From Rhizodiscina lignyota (Eukaryota), in NCBI GenBank assembly GCA_010015805.1, contig ML978125.1:682001-746000 (forward strand): a DNA stretch of 64,000 nucleotides. The letters are read 5' to 3'. Shown in pieces: positions 36,777 to 50,047 of the stretch. Every line of letters starts with the position of its first letter. Position 1 is the first letter of the stretch. The position numbers were made by a program, and so were the translations under genes. Below the pieces are notes generated by a model. That model ran no database searches, was not told the DNA's origin, and was given only the letters and a program-made list of their open reading frames with translations.

Positions 36777-39700
36777 AATGCCTCCAGCAGAACGAGCCTG
36801 TCGTTCACAAGGTTTGTTGTCTTCAACTCGAACACCGTCGACACGACAACAATCATGTTGATGTCTGTCTCGGGAATGTCCCTGGCGTATTTCCGGCCTC
36901 TCTCCGGCCTCTCTCGCGAAAAAATGCCGAACAGTTATTCATGGCACATATTAAGGTCGCACCACCTTCAATGGGTTTACGAAGTTATGTAAATCCATAT
37001 GCTCATTCTCTGACCTTTAATGGGCAGTTCTCGGACTGCTTTAAACTTCATCGACGACAGTTACTTTGCATATGCCCTGGATTTGTTCGTCACAGGGGTT
37101 TGGTATCGGAGACTTCCGATGGGCATCGCAACGGAAGTTCCGCTCCCCTAATGAAAAGGAGGAAAAGTGCTATAATTACTCGCAGCGATCATTCAATTTT
37201 GAACTCTCAGGGCTGCGACAAATGCTGGACTCTGGGCTTAAAATATCTCAAAGCAGTACCTTTGCCGAAGCCTGAACCGCTTCTTCCGACAGCCAAGGTG
37301 GTGACCGTTGAACTGTGGCCAGCACGCTTGGGAGCGCCCCAGGGCAGCGGAGACAGGATCCGAAAACCCGGGACTGATGCACCCATTTGGAGGCCTCGGC
37401 ATATCGGTGGCTGTTCTGCCCTAGCAGGTGGCGTTCGAGTGATTTCGAAATCGTCGACTCCGCATTCAGATGGAATTGGCCAGAAAAAGTGATGAGCAGA
37501 TCTTACATCTTAGGCGGGTTGAAAATCCTACGATCTTACATGGGCGCCTGCATATGGATCAGATATTGAGGCATTCCTGCTCGGCGAGTTTTGCGACATT
37601 GCGACTGCTCTCAATAATTCGCTCGTTCGATGTGATGAGCGCAGACACTGCTGCAATTACCCGCTCACTGTCCCGCGTCATCCATACGAGCTTTACCATG
37701 TGGCTGTGAGCGACTTGTCTTGGGGAATTGGGCGCAGCCTTTGGGCTTTGTACCACCGAGAGTTCTCTTGATCCGCATCCGACCTTCTGGAAAATCGGCA
37801 GATGACTTGGCCAAGTCGGTGAAGGATTGTGTCAGGACGGGCGCAAACCCGCGCGCCTACAGGGCCGTCTTCCGTTAAGGGGCGCGGTCTCGAAAAGAAG
37901 GCAACGAAAGGCAAACGGGGCGGCAAAATGTTGTGTAACAATACCTTCGGAAATTCTGGAATCAATCGGGTAGCGGTGATCTGCAAACAGGAATCGACAC
38001 GAATCAGACGCCATTCGACGAGTCTGTGGGTCGATTAGAAAAACGCCTCCTCCAGCCTGTCGGTATTCTTGCGAATGGCGTCGCAGGAAATAGATCACCT
38101 GCTCACAATCGCCTGCGCGTCACCTTGCTGTTCCCTGTGCAGTGTGCGAATGCCGGGCTGAAACGTTTTGCTTTTTCACTTTTTGATTTGGGAGATCAGA
38201 CGAGGTCGGACTGGTGGTAAGGTTCGGCGCTTGAAACAGAGCCAGGGAAGATCAAACGTTATCGAATCGACGTTTTGGAAAGATGCAGGACCCCCCGGTC
38301 AGCATCGAGAAATATGCACGCCTGGCGCATTGGGCTGCATGGAAGAGCAGCCCAGTGCCAGCACACTGGTGGCTCTATTTGCACCTCCGACATCTTCTCA
38401 CACACTTCTCTCTCACCGCTCCTATTAGCTCAAAAGAGCAAGTCAGGCGTGAGCTCGCTTGTGATCCTTTTGTGACTTGGGCTCCAGTATTTGCAGCATC
38501 GAGCGGTGCCAGCGTTGCAGTTGGTGAACCGGAACGCTGCAAGCTGGCGGTTGCTCCGACGCCCGCACGAGTCGGCGGGTAAGGAAAGCTTCCACTCTGC
38601 TGAGTGCTCCCGTCGCTCGGAGCCAGGGCAGGTCAAATGATCAACGCGCGGAAGGATGCTTTTCTAGGTCGAGTGAGGCGAGCAAAGCAAAGGCCTACCA
38701 ACGCATTTGCCTGTCTAACTTTTCAGGGTTCGGTATCACATCCGCCGCGGCACAGCGTTTGTGAAGCGACGATGCGCTCCTGGAGAGTTAATTTTGCGGC
38801 GAAGCGCTTCTGGAGCTTGCGGTTTCTCTCGCAATGACACCCGGTTGCAGGGGACAAGCCGTATTGAGCTCGCCGCCCGGGACAAGTGCTGCTGGCATAA
38901 GCAAAAGCGTGTGTGCGAAATGATAGATCGGCCTGAACTGCGGAGAGGCTGTACCACCTCCGACCGGGTTCAGGGCAGCGCGGCCGGCGGGAGAGCTCTG
39001 ACGGAGAGACTCGAGACTTGGAGAGACAATCACTGATCAGAAAGCGACTTTTGAAGGAGTTGATTTCGTCATAGCAGCTCCCTGCACTCCATGCCAGGGA
39101 TTGCAAGGATTTCGAAAATAAAAGTCCAATTGGAAGCCGTCGCAGCGTGGAATTGCCTGCTAAATGCGCCCAATAGGGTCTTTTCCGAAGAGTTGGACGA
39201 GGCTTACGAGGGCTGAGATCCTTGCGAGCCTGTGATTTCGCGTGGAGCACAGAGCTTAGCTGCAAATTTGCCTTTGCCTCTTCTTCATTCGTGTCGTTGC
39301 TTGCTTTTCCAAAGCAAGAAAGCACAGCGCACACGCGCTCCACCTGACTCGTGCTAGATCGTGCGATGATCATCAGGGGCCACAGCGCCGCTACGCACCA
39401 GGCCCAGCTTACGCAAGTACCGCGTGGATGGGTAGCACTTCCATTGACAGGCAAGACCAGCACCGCTGGACATCACATCAACCCGCAACGACGCTGTCGG
39501 CATCGTAATGCACCTGGCAGGGAAGCTCCACATCCACCGGTCAACGGCAACCACAGGAAGCACAGCACGAATAGCGTGGCTGGCCCATTCAGACTCATGT
39601 CTCGTGGCCTCCTTCCGCGAGACGCACGTCTCACCAGCTGAGCGAGCGCACTTCCACAATCAGACGACAGACGCGCGCAGGGGCAGCTCGCGGAAGCGCA

Positions 39701-40617
39701 ACTAGGGGGGAATTAGGCCCGCGGGGAGGTTTTTTTTTCACTCTCGAATGAACGAACGGCCTCAGGCGCAGGGCTAAAAATTTCCCGGAGTCGGCGGCGA
39801 GCACTTAACAGACGCTTAGTCGTTCCGGCAGCGCGGAAGGTCGTCCGCCAATATGCTAGGCCGGTACCGTCCTTGCAAATCACCTCCTCCCCATCCATCG
39901 TCGACCTCGTGGAGCCCTTGGATGCCCTTGGATGCCCTTGGACACCGACACCTAAGCCCAACAAACCCTGCTCATTTTGCCTTTTCCAAACGCCTGACTC
40001 CAGAAAAGCTCCACGCGTGCGGCTTGTACACTTTGCATCCCCGGCTTGTGACTTAGATCGACCGAGCTGTGCTCCATGCCTCAAACCACTCCCCTTCTCA
40101 GGGGCCGCTCTCACGCTGCACCATCGCCCGGCTCTGCTAACCAAGACCATGGCCTACGTTTGGAGCGAAGAAAAGCCACACCCGCTCTTACCTTCGCATG
40201 ATGCAAAAAGTATGTGGTCCCCAGGAAATCCGACTGCTCGGGTGCTGGGCTCCTGGGTTGTTGCGTACCTCTTTGTACCACGACACCGCATCTTGACCTC
40301 ACACAAAAAAATTGTCGATGCTAGACATTTCTGTCCGCTGCCTTGTCTCTCCCCATTTCCCGTACGCCCCGTCATACTGTCGTCGATGACATAGGCTGTG
40401 CCCGAATCCACTTTCCCCCGAAGACCTATGCTGTGGCATCTAAGGAGCGGGCCGGTACAGCACAGCATACTTAGGAAATTTTATTCGGCCTCACCGACAG
40501 TCACGAGATACGATCTTTATAAGACACGCTCGCCCTTGCGTCGTCAAGAGCTTCTACAATTGAGGAGTTTCATCAACTCGCTTGATTTTCTTTATCCGCT
40601 CACACATCTCTTCCAAT

Positions 40618-42607
40618 ATGACATTCTCTCGAAGGCGTAGTCAACTTGTTCCAAAGGGACATGAAGACAATGCCTTCCCTTCTCGTCAATTGTTCGTGTT
40701 GGGTTCGTACAATCGAAAATGCCTCATGGTGAGCTCCCGACGCTGACCTTACACAGCCGTATGCAGAATATGCGAGCCAATCGCATTCATGTCGATATTC
40801 CCGTACACCTACTACATGATTGAATCCTTCAACATCACGCAGAACCATGACGAAGTTGCATTCTACGCTGGAATGGTCACTTCAGCCTTTGCGCTTGCTG
40901 AAGGCCTAGCTTCTGCAATCTGGGGCAGATTGAGCGACCAAATTGGCCGGAAGCCGGTTCTTTTGACGGGCCTGGCTGGAACTGGTTTGAGCATGCTCAT
41001 GTTCGGCTTTGCTCCAAACCTGTGGGTGGCTCTGCTTGCCCGAGCATTGGGTGGTATACTGAATGGGTGAGTCTCAAATGGCTAATATTTTGAGTATACG
41101 CAACATGCTCACGCGAGTCGTTCAGGAATATCGGTGTGCTGCACACAACTGTTGCAGAGGTAGTGACGGTTGAAGCACACCAACGTACGTGCCCGATCCC
41201 TTTGAGACTCACAGATACTTATTGAGAGCAGCTCGCGCCTACACTATCATGCCATTCGTCTGGTCACTTGGGTAAGCGAAACTTCAGCTCAAAGGATGAC
41301 GTCTGTTAACATATCGTTAGGTCCATCGTAGGCGCAGGCCTTGGTGGCACTTTGGCCGACCCGGTGAGAAATTATCCTGGCATTTTCCAACCCGGCACCA
41401 TTTTCGACCGCTTCCCGTACCTTCTCCCGAACCTTGTATGCGCTGGTGTCGTCGTTCTCGGCCTGATCGTCGGTCTGCTGTTCCTCGAAGAGACCCATGA
41501 AGACAAACAATACCGCAGAGACTATGGCTTGGAGCTTGGGAACTGGATATTGAGCCTAGGCCGAAGACAACCGATAGCACTGAGGGAGAGCAAGATGGGA
41601 TGCTTTGAAGAGACACTGGGCTTCCTGGCCGAGGATCCTCTCCCGGAGTATCAGTCCGCGAGGCCAAGTACTGCATCATCGTCAGACCGGTCGTTCGATT
41701 CTGGGTCAACACAACCCTTGGATTGCTACAAGTGCGAGAAACCGTCCTCCCGCAGAGCTCTTACGAAACAAGTTATGCTCAATATAATTGCCTATGGCAT
41801 TCTAGCTTTGTACGTCTATTATATTCTACTAAAGTCTCATCTCTGCTAACACCTCACAGCCACACCATTTCCTTTGAGCAATTGCTCCCTATCATGTTCT
41901 CGATGCCAAAATCAAACACCTTGCCGTCCCTCCCATTCAAGTTTGAGGGCGGCTTTGCGCTACCGACGAAAACAATTGGCTGGATCCTCTCTAGCCAGGG
42001 CTTGTTGCAAATGCTCGTCCAACTCTTTGTCTTCCCTGTAATCAATCGGAAGTTCGGCAGCCTGGTTTTGTTCAGAGCCTCGATTGCCGTCTACCCCATT
42101 CTATACTTTGCGCTTCCTTACCTGGTCTTGCTTCCCGGGAAGCTAAGGTTCTTTGGGATCTTCTGGGTGCTACTCCTGAAGGTGTCGACTCAGTCCTTTA
42201 CCTACCCGTCGCTGTTGATCATGCTGGCGAATCACTCTCCGTCGAAGAAAGTACTGGGGTCGCTCAACGGTTATGCAGCGGCTTCTGCAAGTCTATGCCG
42301 TGCAATTGGACCTACCTTTTCTGGATTCATCCAAGCGAAAGGATCCGGGCTTGGCTATTCTGGACTGGCGTGGTGGGTGTGCAGCTTCATCGCTATTGTT
42401 GGAGTAACGGAGAGTCTGTGGATGAGACAGAGCAAGAGGAGGCAAGAGGATACGAGCTGCGCAAACGACGTCCCGGATGAGGAGTCGATGCTCGTGGAAC
42501 CGGCGATCGACTTCAGCGGTGCATCAATCATCCCTGACGACACGTTACCGCCGCAGCGGCGCTCGACGGACTATGGCAGCCTTGTGGAGCCGGTGAAGAG
42601 GGGGTAG
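40618..42607 (+). CDS. MFS transporter (DHA1/Tet-like, YCR023C-type)
   Basis: Spliced AFPSRQLFVLAVCRICEPIAFMSIFPY, motif A WGRLSDQIGRKPVLL, FPYLLPNL, FLEETH; five introns. Confidence 0.9.
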
Positions 42608-43448
42608 GGTGGTGCGAGTTGCCTCTCACATGATGCATCAGCGCTCGTTTAAGCAGACTCTTACGCGTATGATCGTTCATTGGGTGGCCATCTGTATTAT
42701 TGCTGAAAACCGATTGCATGAGGACAGTTCGTTGGCGTTTGGGATCTGCTGCAAGGAAAATCGCTCTCCACCCTTGTTTTTCGAATCTAGATCTGGTTTG
42801 GCGCTCCAGTCGGCTTTCTGCATTTCCTCTCACTTAGAGCAAGGATTATATACCCAGGTCCCTCTTGTTTCTGCGAAGGCTCGAGGTTGGACCAAGCATA
42901 GAGAACGGGGCGTTAAGCTTTGCAACTGCACACTGCGTTGTCCGGGGTTGGTACTGGGTTGTTTACATTAGACAGGAACTTAGAGGACGTATTAAGGTTG
43001 AGAGCATTGTCTGATTTGAAATGTGTACTGCTGCAGTGTGATGTGGCTGTTCTGGATCGTGTCGCGCGTGTATGGCCGTGAGAGGCATGGGGCGCGTGTG
43101 GGTGGAGGTACCTAGGTACGCCGCGCTCCAAGCCTCCACCAGTGACGTTCGCTCGCGTCTATCTGGCAGTTGATAAGGCTTCGCCTTTGCGGAGACCGAA
43201 CCGACTGGGCGCGCATTGCTTTTCGATGCAGCCTCCCGCCGTTCTCTCCTCCCTCTGCTACCTGTGCAGCGCGGCGACTTACTCCCACACCCTCATGACA
43301 CTCAGGGCCTCCCCTTCACGCCGCGCGCCCTCTCCTGTTCTGACCCCCGAGTCCGCCCCACAGAGCTCGAGCGAGAGCTCCAGCTCCAGCCACGCGATCA
43401 GCGCGAACGCAAGAACAACGCGATGTGCCGGCAGCAGCGCATCTACCG

Positions 43449-46400
43449 ATGACAGCTCCACACACGGCCAGCGGCGGCGGCCTCAAACGAGCTCGAGAGT
43501 CGCACGATGATGAGGTTGCCTCGACCACGTCGTCCTCCCCGCAAGCTCATCACACGCAGCATGCACAGCACAAAGCCGGCTCCCCGAGTGCAGGAGCTGC
43601 TGCCGTCTCATCAGCCTCAACCTTCCGCAATGTCTCTGCCTGCAATCGATGTAGGCTCAGGAAAAACCGGTGCGACCAGCGGTTGCCCGCATGCGCCAGC
43701 TGCGAAAAGGCGCACGTAAAGTGCGTCGGCTACGACCCGGTACGTCGTTCTGGAGCTGTAGGTCTTAGTAACGTACTTACACATCTGCTTAGATCACCAA
43801 GAAGGAGATCCCAAGAAGGTACGTGAACGTGCGTCATTACGTCCTGCCTCCATTCCGTCTCACAGCATGCCTTCACCGAGCGGCAGCGGCAGCAGCGGGT
43901 GCGGTTAGTGTAGGGCAGCGCACTGTGTGATGGGATGGGCATAACCGAAGTCCGATGCAGAACAACATCACGTACAGGGGCTGACCGCTCGTTACACACA
44001 CACAGTTACGTCTACTACCTTGAAAGTCGCGTGTCTTACCTGGAGTCGCTCCTTCGCGCCAATGGCATCTCCTTCACGCCCCCCGAGAACTTCACTTTAA
44101 GCTTCAAACCGGACGATCAGCATAATGCCGATGCCCAGAATCGTGGCGATGCAGATGGGACAGGGCAGACGGGCACGAACGCCCGGCAGGGCGATCAGTA
44201 TGACAGGGAGAAGCTCAACAAGCTGGTCTCAAACATCGGGATGGTGTCGGTGCAGGGCGCATCAGACCCTCGCTATCTTGGCTCAACGTCCGGCATATCA
44301 TTTGCAAGAGTCGTCTTTGCAGCGGTCAAGAGCTCAGTCTCTGGAGCGGCATCGGAGCGTAGCAGTGTCAGACCCAGCAAGCCATTGACGGCTGGAACGG
44401 GCTCTACCAGCATGCGGGACTCGTTCTTCGGCCTTCAGACCAAGCCGACAATCAGGCAAGCTCCATTCCCAGACAGGGAGCTGGCAATGAAACTTGTTGA
44501 GCTCTATTTCGAACATGCGAATCCACAAATTCCCATCCTGCATCGAGGCGAGTTCATGGCGCTGTTCGAGAAGGCCTACCAGACCGACGATCGCAGCCGT
44601 ACGCCACGGGAATCCTACATGCTCAATATTGTTTTTGCCATAGGCAGCGGCATAATTGTGGGTGCCACGTCGGACGCGGACAATGACTCTACGGGCTCAG
44701 ACCAGTCCTCAACTCAGCAAACACCGCCCTCACCACCCTCGCAGAAGCGAAGGAAACTGTCTAGCCATCAGCATCAGCCTGAAGAGTATCATGCGTCGGC
44801 CATTGTACACCTTGAGAGCTTCCTAGGTTCGTCCCCTGCTGCAGATCGGCCGGATGGCTTTGGTGGCGGACTCGAAGAGCTCCAAGCTGTGCTACTTCTG
44901 GCCGGGTTTGCCTTATTGAGGCCTGTGGCACCTGGCCTGTGGTACATCATTGGCGTTGCAGTGCGCCTGGCCGTTGACCTAGGTCTCCATTACGAAGATG
45001 GCGTCAGCGTGGACGGCAACAACCCTGATGAGGAGAGACATGCAGAGACTGGCTCGCGGTTGGCAGACAACGGTGCTGCTGCGCCTGGGCTACGGCCGCA
45101 CGCGATTGATGCTCGTGAGATCGGGCGTCGACAGTGGGTGCGTGACCTGCGCCGCCGTTTATGGTGGTGTGTCTACTCTTTCGATCGCCTCGTGAGTACG
45201 TGCGTGGGCCGCCCGTTTGGGATTACGGATACGGTTGTAACGACCGAGTTCCCCTCGCTTCTGGATGACAAGTACATCACCACTGCAGGATTCCGCTCGC
45301 CGCCCAATGGCTCGGGGAAACCTAGTTACAAGTTCGTAGCGCACCACTACTTTCGGCTGCGCCTGCTGCAGTCGGAGATTTTGCAGGTTCTGCAGCATCG
45401 TCAGGCGCAGCAAGTACGTAGCACGACGGGTACGAACATGGGGAACGAGTTCATGCACACGAGGCTCTCATCGCCCTTCCTGGAAGGATTCGCTTCGTTC
45501 CGAGATTGGCGCCACGACATTGATCGACGCCTGCTGGAGTGGAAGGATTCAGCGCCCAAGCAGGCCGAGACGGGGGTGCAGTTCCAACCCTTGTTCCTTG
45601 AACTCAACTACTGGCAGGCGGTCATAATGCTGTACAGGCAGAGCTTAACAGTCCCACCCGTATTGGCCGGTGAGCTTGGATCGGCCAATGACGATGTCCA
45701 GAGTCCGGCGATGGTCTACCAAGAGGAAAGAGAAGACGAAGAACACGTGTTCCTCAAAGTTGCAGAGGCGGGGCAGAATGTCTTGAAGATTTACAGAAAG
45801 TTGCACCGCTTGTACCTGGTGAACTACACCTACCTCGCCACGCACCACCTCTTCATGGCCGGGATTTCATTCCTGTACGCGATATGGCATTCGACTGCCG
45901 TTCGTAGTCTCTTGGTAAGTCACATCGTTACAGTTATTTCTGCTTTCAGCCTGTCCCAAACCAGCATCATCCCCGAGAGCATCAACGAGGCTTTTATGCA
46001 CACAGCCTTGGCCCTTGCCTGCTATAATTGGTTGCGTTAGCTACTGCAGCTCTTGGGCACTCAGATCCACTGCAAAATCGCTGGCATTTAATGGTTGGAT
46101 CTATGATGCCAAGAGTTTAGCACCAACCATAAGCACAAGGGCCATAGCGAGCCTTGCAGCGAGCTACGCTTCCGGCCCGAGAAACCCGATCGATCACAGT
46201 GGGGTTGACTTCGAGCGGAGACTGTTCCAGCGGTGACAGCCAACACAATTAACTTAGAAAGGTCGAGAAAAAGCCTCACTTCTCGCATGACCACGTCATC
46301 TACCAAATTACAGTCTGACCGTTTCTATGACTGTTGCGCTCATACGGACGAGGCTGGTCATGAGACGTGCTGTACTTCTCAGATTTTGTTCGAGGCTAAC

Positions 46401-47328
46401 GTCGTGCTAGTCTGTCGATGACTTCGACTTTACCGTCCTGGCTGCGACATCTGTGCTCGGAGACCTCACTGTGCAGTGCCCACCAGCGGAGGCATGTCGT
46501 GATGCTTTCGAGCGCATGAGTAGAGCAACGATCCAGATGGTGCTGTCTACAACCGGCTTTGGCTCTCCCGCCAAGGCTGGAGCCGCGAAGCCTTCGACAC
46601 AGCAGCAACCTGTAGAGATTACAGACGATGCGATGTCTGTCAGCAGCATGCCCCAAGAGCAGCCTGCATCGCAACAGTTGCCAACTTCGCGAATGCCATA
46701 CCCCCGCTTCGACATGGATCTTCGCGACCTCTTCACGGACGATGAGACAGCGTTCCGTCAATTTGTTAGACCTAGTATGAACGTGCCATTCATGATGCAA
46801 CAACAGCAGGCGGCGATGGCGCGCCAGAACACGTCGAATCCCCCACCCACATTCTCGCCGTCATTGAAGCAAGAAGAGCCACTGTCGGCTACAAGTGGAA
46901 TGTCTAATATGCAGCTTAGTTCTCCTACATTGTCCCAGGCGAGCTCTCACATGACGCAGCAAGCACAACACACCTCTCCCAACTTCACTCAGATCTCGAA
47001 CCAAATGCCCTATGCTTCCTTCGCACAGAACATTCAATCTACCTATCCAGACATGGCCGTCTTTTCTGAGCTCGACTGGTTAGATTCTTTTCCTGTCGGC
47101 TCAGGCACCGGTGCGCCTTCTGCGGCAAACTCAAATTTTGCTGCCGGTGGTGCGGGTGCTGCGAGTGGCAACGGAGATGGTGGAATGGGGGAGGTTGAGC
47201 TCGGCTTTGGCATGGGCTGGGACGTTGGCGTAGGTAACCACGATTGGGCTGATGGAAGTGGGTTGGATCTCTTTGACGGCTTCTTCTTCGGCAATGGTGC
47301 TGGAGGCGGAGGCGGTGCTGGGATGTAA
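43449..47328 (+). CDS. uaY: Zn(II)2Cys6 transcription factor, positive regulator of purine utilisation (UaY/Ppr1 family)
   Basis: FRNVSACNRCRLRKNRCDQRLPACASCEKAHVKCVGYDP, 26-nt microexon ITKKEIPR, YLGSTSGISFARVV, fungal TF domain RRRLWWCVYSFDR..GRPFGI, acidic tail DLFDGFFFG; intron 45915..46410. Confidence 0.88.
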
Positions 47329-47567
47329 TGTGAGCTGCGATGATGATATGTGTTTTGGAGGCGCATTGGTATCCTGACGATCTATGGTTTGGATATTGGG
47401 TGATCTTGGTCTTTAATTTGTTGGCATTTAACTTACATCTGTGCTAGCAAGTCTCACGGGCATACCTTGGGTTTGGGTTTCCTCCAAGATACCACTTTAG
47501 TCCAGTCGCTTTCTTCAGATAGATTTGGATTCGAAGCAAGAAAAAAATCAAAACGTCGGCTGCGCAT

Positions 47568-49214
47568 TCAGTTCCACCAAAAACTCACGCTGAAGCTTGG
47601 GCTCAAACTCCGCACGTAATGCCACCACCCCTCAGGTATGTACAAGCATTCGCCAGGCCCAATGACTGCCTCCACATACTCCGCGCCCTCGTGCAAAGGG
47701 AATCGCCTCTCAAAGTCATCGTCAGAGCCCATATCACTGTCGTCGACCTTACCGTCGTCCCAGTCCCAGCCCTCCAGAACCCGCATCGCCTCGCCAACAT
47801 CGACTTGGCTCGTATTGCCCATGTCGACGCCGTCGTCACCAACGCCGCGTGGATACATTCTTTCGTGCTGCGACGGGCCGAAAAGGCGCACGTATTTGTA
47901 GCCGACGACTTGCGCGAAGACGTTGTGATGCGGATCGGTGTGTGCCGGGGAGATTGTGTTCGCAGGGCCGAACCAGGCGTTGAGGAGAGGCTCGTCGGCC
48001 GAGTCTGATGCATCATCTTCCACCTCCTTGGTCGGTCTGTTTGAACTATTCTGGCGCTGGGGTGGAGAGCTGTAACAGTAATCTGGGATGGAGATGTCGT
48101 TCCGCAGCGCGGGTATTTGGGCGAACAGATCGTGCTGTGCGAGATATGCTACTTCTCTGTGATGTTTTGGTAATCCTTCATCACTCTCGTCGTCCGCTTC
48201 AGCAGTTGGGTGATCAAGCATCCAATTCTCCACAAACTCGCTAACCCTGACGATCTTCTGGCCCCAATCTTCATCCGTGTAGCTTCGTCCGATCTCGATG
48301 GGCACGAGTCGTCTGCCTCCCAGGGTACGCTTTAGCAGATACTGCGGATTATTCCAATTCCTCTCGGGGGTCTCTGGGTCTAAAGCTGGCCAGTGCGAGA
48401 TCGCCCTGCTGACGATTAGAGGGTTTGGATGGTCTCGTGCGTTGTTGTTCTCATTGAAATGTTTCTGGAAGCTGGGGAGTGAGAGATTGTCCGCTCGCTG
48501 AATCGGGTGTTTAAGTGGTGGATGGCGGATTTTGGCGGTAGGCCATGATTGTGATACAGACGTCAATTCTTTCTGCCTTGAACCTTGGTTTGACAGTCGC
48601 CGGCGCTTCGCTGGACGTAACAGCTCGTGATTATGTTCATTGATGTGATTGTGACTATCCCCCTGTCGAAAGGCGTTAGGGTCTTCTGGCTGACGGTTCT
48701 GAACAGCGTCCAAGAACTGTCCAATGGCGCTCATCGCCATGTCGATCGTTTGTCTTCGACAAGTTGCACCGGTCATGATCAATGCCATGTCCAGGCGCCA
48801 AACAACATTATCTATCCAGTCCTGCTCATCCTCAGTTGTCACGATGATTCCGGAGAGACTTTTCAGGAGTGAGGCATGTCCTAGCTCTTGATTCTTCCCC
48901 TTCCTCGCCACATTACGGGTTCCACCGCTCTCAAATTTGCGCTGGGCCAACTGCTTCTCTACAATGGAGCGAGCACATGCTATGGCAGCCTCTTCGTAGC
49001 ATGCTCTCCAATATGGAGGCACATCTTTGTAAGGATAACTGTGTAATCTTTCATGTGCTAGGTTCAGAACGTCATGCGGCCTCGTGTACAGGACGGCCGA
49101 CACATCTGACGGAAGCTGGTCCAATAAGTCATCCTGCCGGCTTTCAGGAGCAAGAGAAAGTAAACCGTGAAGTCCCCTAAGGGTGGCTTCCTCTGTGGTT
49201 GCCGCGTGAGGCAT
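47568..49214 (-). CDS. JmjC/cupin 2-oxoglutarate oxygenase, JMJD5/KDM8-like
   Basis: VPIEIGRSYTDEDWGQ, YLAQHDLFAQIPALRNDISIPDY, NAWFGP..SPAHTDP, YIPEGWWHYVRSL; HxD...H triad intact. Confidence 0.9.
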   Translation of the reverse strand: MPHAATTEEATLRGLHGLLSLAPESRQDDLLDQLPSDVSAVLYTRPHDVLNLAHERLHSYPYKDVPPYWRACYEEAAIACARSIVEKQLAQRKFESGGTRNVARKGKNQELGHASLLKSLSGIIVTTEDEQDWIDNVVWRLDMALIMTGATCRRQTIDMAMSAIGQFLDAVQNRQPEDPNAFRQGDSHNHINEHNHELLRPAKRRRLSNQGSRQKELTSVSQSWPTAKIRHPPLKHPIQRADNLSLPSFQKHFNENNNARDHPNPLIVSRAISHWPALDPETPERNWNNPQYLLKRTLGGRRLVPIEIGRSYTDEDWGQKIVRVSEFVENWMLDHPTAEADDESDEGLPKHHREVAYLAQHDLFAQIPALRNDISIPDYCYSSPPQRQNSSNRPTKEVEDDASDSADEPLLNAWFGPANTISPAHTDPHHNVFAQVVGYKYVRLFGPSQHERMYPRGVGDDGVDMGNTSQVDVGEAMRVLEGWDWDDGKVDDSDMGSDDDFERRFPLHEGAEYVEAVIGPGECLYIPEGWWHYVRSLSPSFSVSFWWN

Positions 49215-50047
49215 TGGCTTTGTTTTGGTGAGAAAATGATGCGCGAGTATCCATTAGCGCTATGCTGAATGTAGGAGCCATTTAGAGAACTACTGGAATA
49301 TGACATGAACTTTTGGGTTCTCTTGCAGTGATATCAAGCCACTAGTACATTTAGGGCAGATTTAGTCACGTGATCGAATGGAACATACCTAAGACGGCAT
49401 TGAGACGATTACAGACGCTGCACATGCGGAGATAAATGCGGACTCGATATCACTAGAACTGAAACCCAGAATCACGATAAGATAACCTCAGTGTCGATAG
49501 CGTCTACGGCGCGTGAACGTTCCTTTTAGGTTGCGGCTTTGGCCTTCATATTATCCGCGCTTGATCGCCACTAACGTTATATCAACGCCTTCATTTGGGT
49601 ATCGCAAGGGAGTTTTCCTTTGGCGCGTGACTGGCGGGAAATCTTCCACATGCCAGTAGAGATTGACTTCAGAACAATCACACACCGACTTCGCTGTTCA
49701 TCATGTTGCTTTGGAACTTCTCCTCTCTGTCCTAAAGAGGCCTTTCGGCACCTCTCTATCCCGAATGATGCAACGATGCGGCGACCCTGCATGCAGCTTC
49801 AACAACGGCTAATCTCCAACGACCATCTTCTAACCGTTATGGAAGGCCGTGGAGCCGATTTCAGGGCAACTTCGCAGAGCTAAGGCTTCTCCATCTCCAT
49901 CGGAATGGCACTGTTACAATGCTGTGATGTTACAGAAGTTCCCCGCCGGAGTATTGCCCGTTCGCCAGAATATGTACCTGAAGGGCTCCTCGAGCTTTTC
50001 AATATGGCACTGGAGCTATCGCAACAGTCTGTGGATGAGCTGCGAAT

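Noticed and set aside
39200..39260. CTGAGA as a TPP riboswitch core
   Set aside because: The rest of the aptamer consensus is missing and there is no thiamine gene nearby.
38723..39463. 246-aa minus-strand ORF (and the 183-aa ORF at 36941-37492)
   Set aside because: Arg/Ser/Cys-rich random-like composition with no domain or codon signal.
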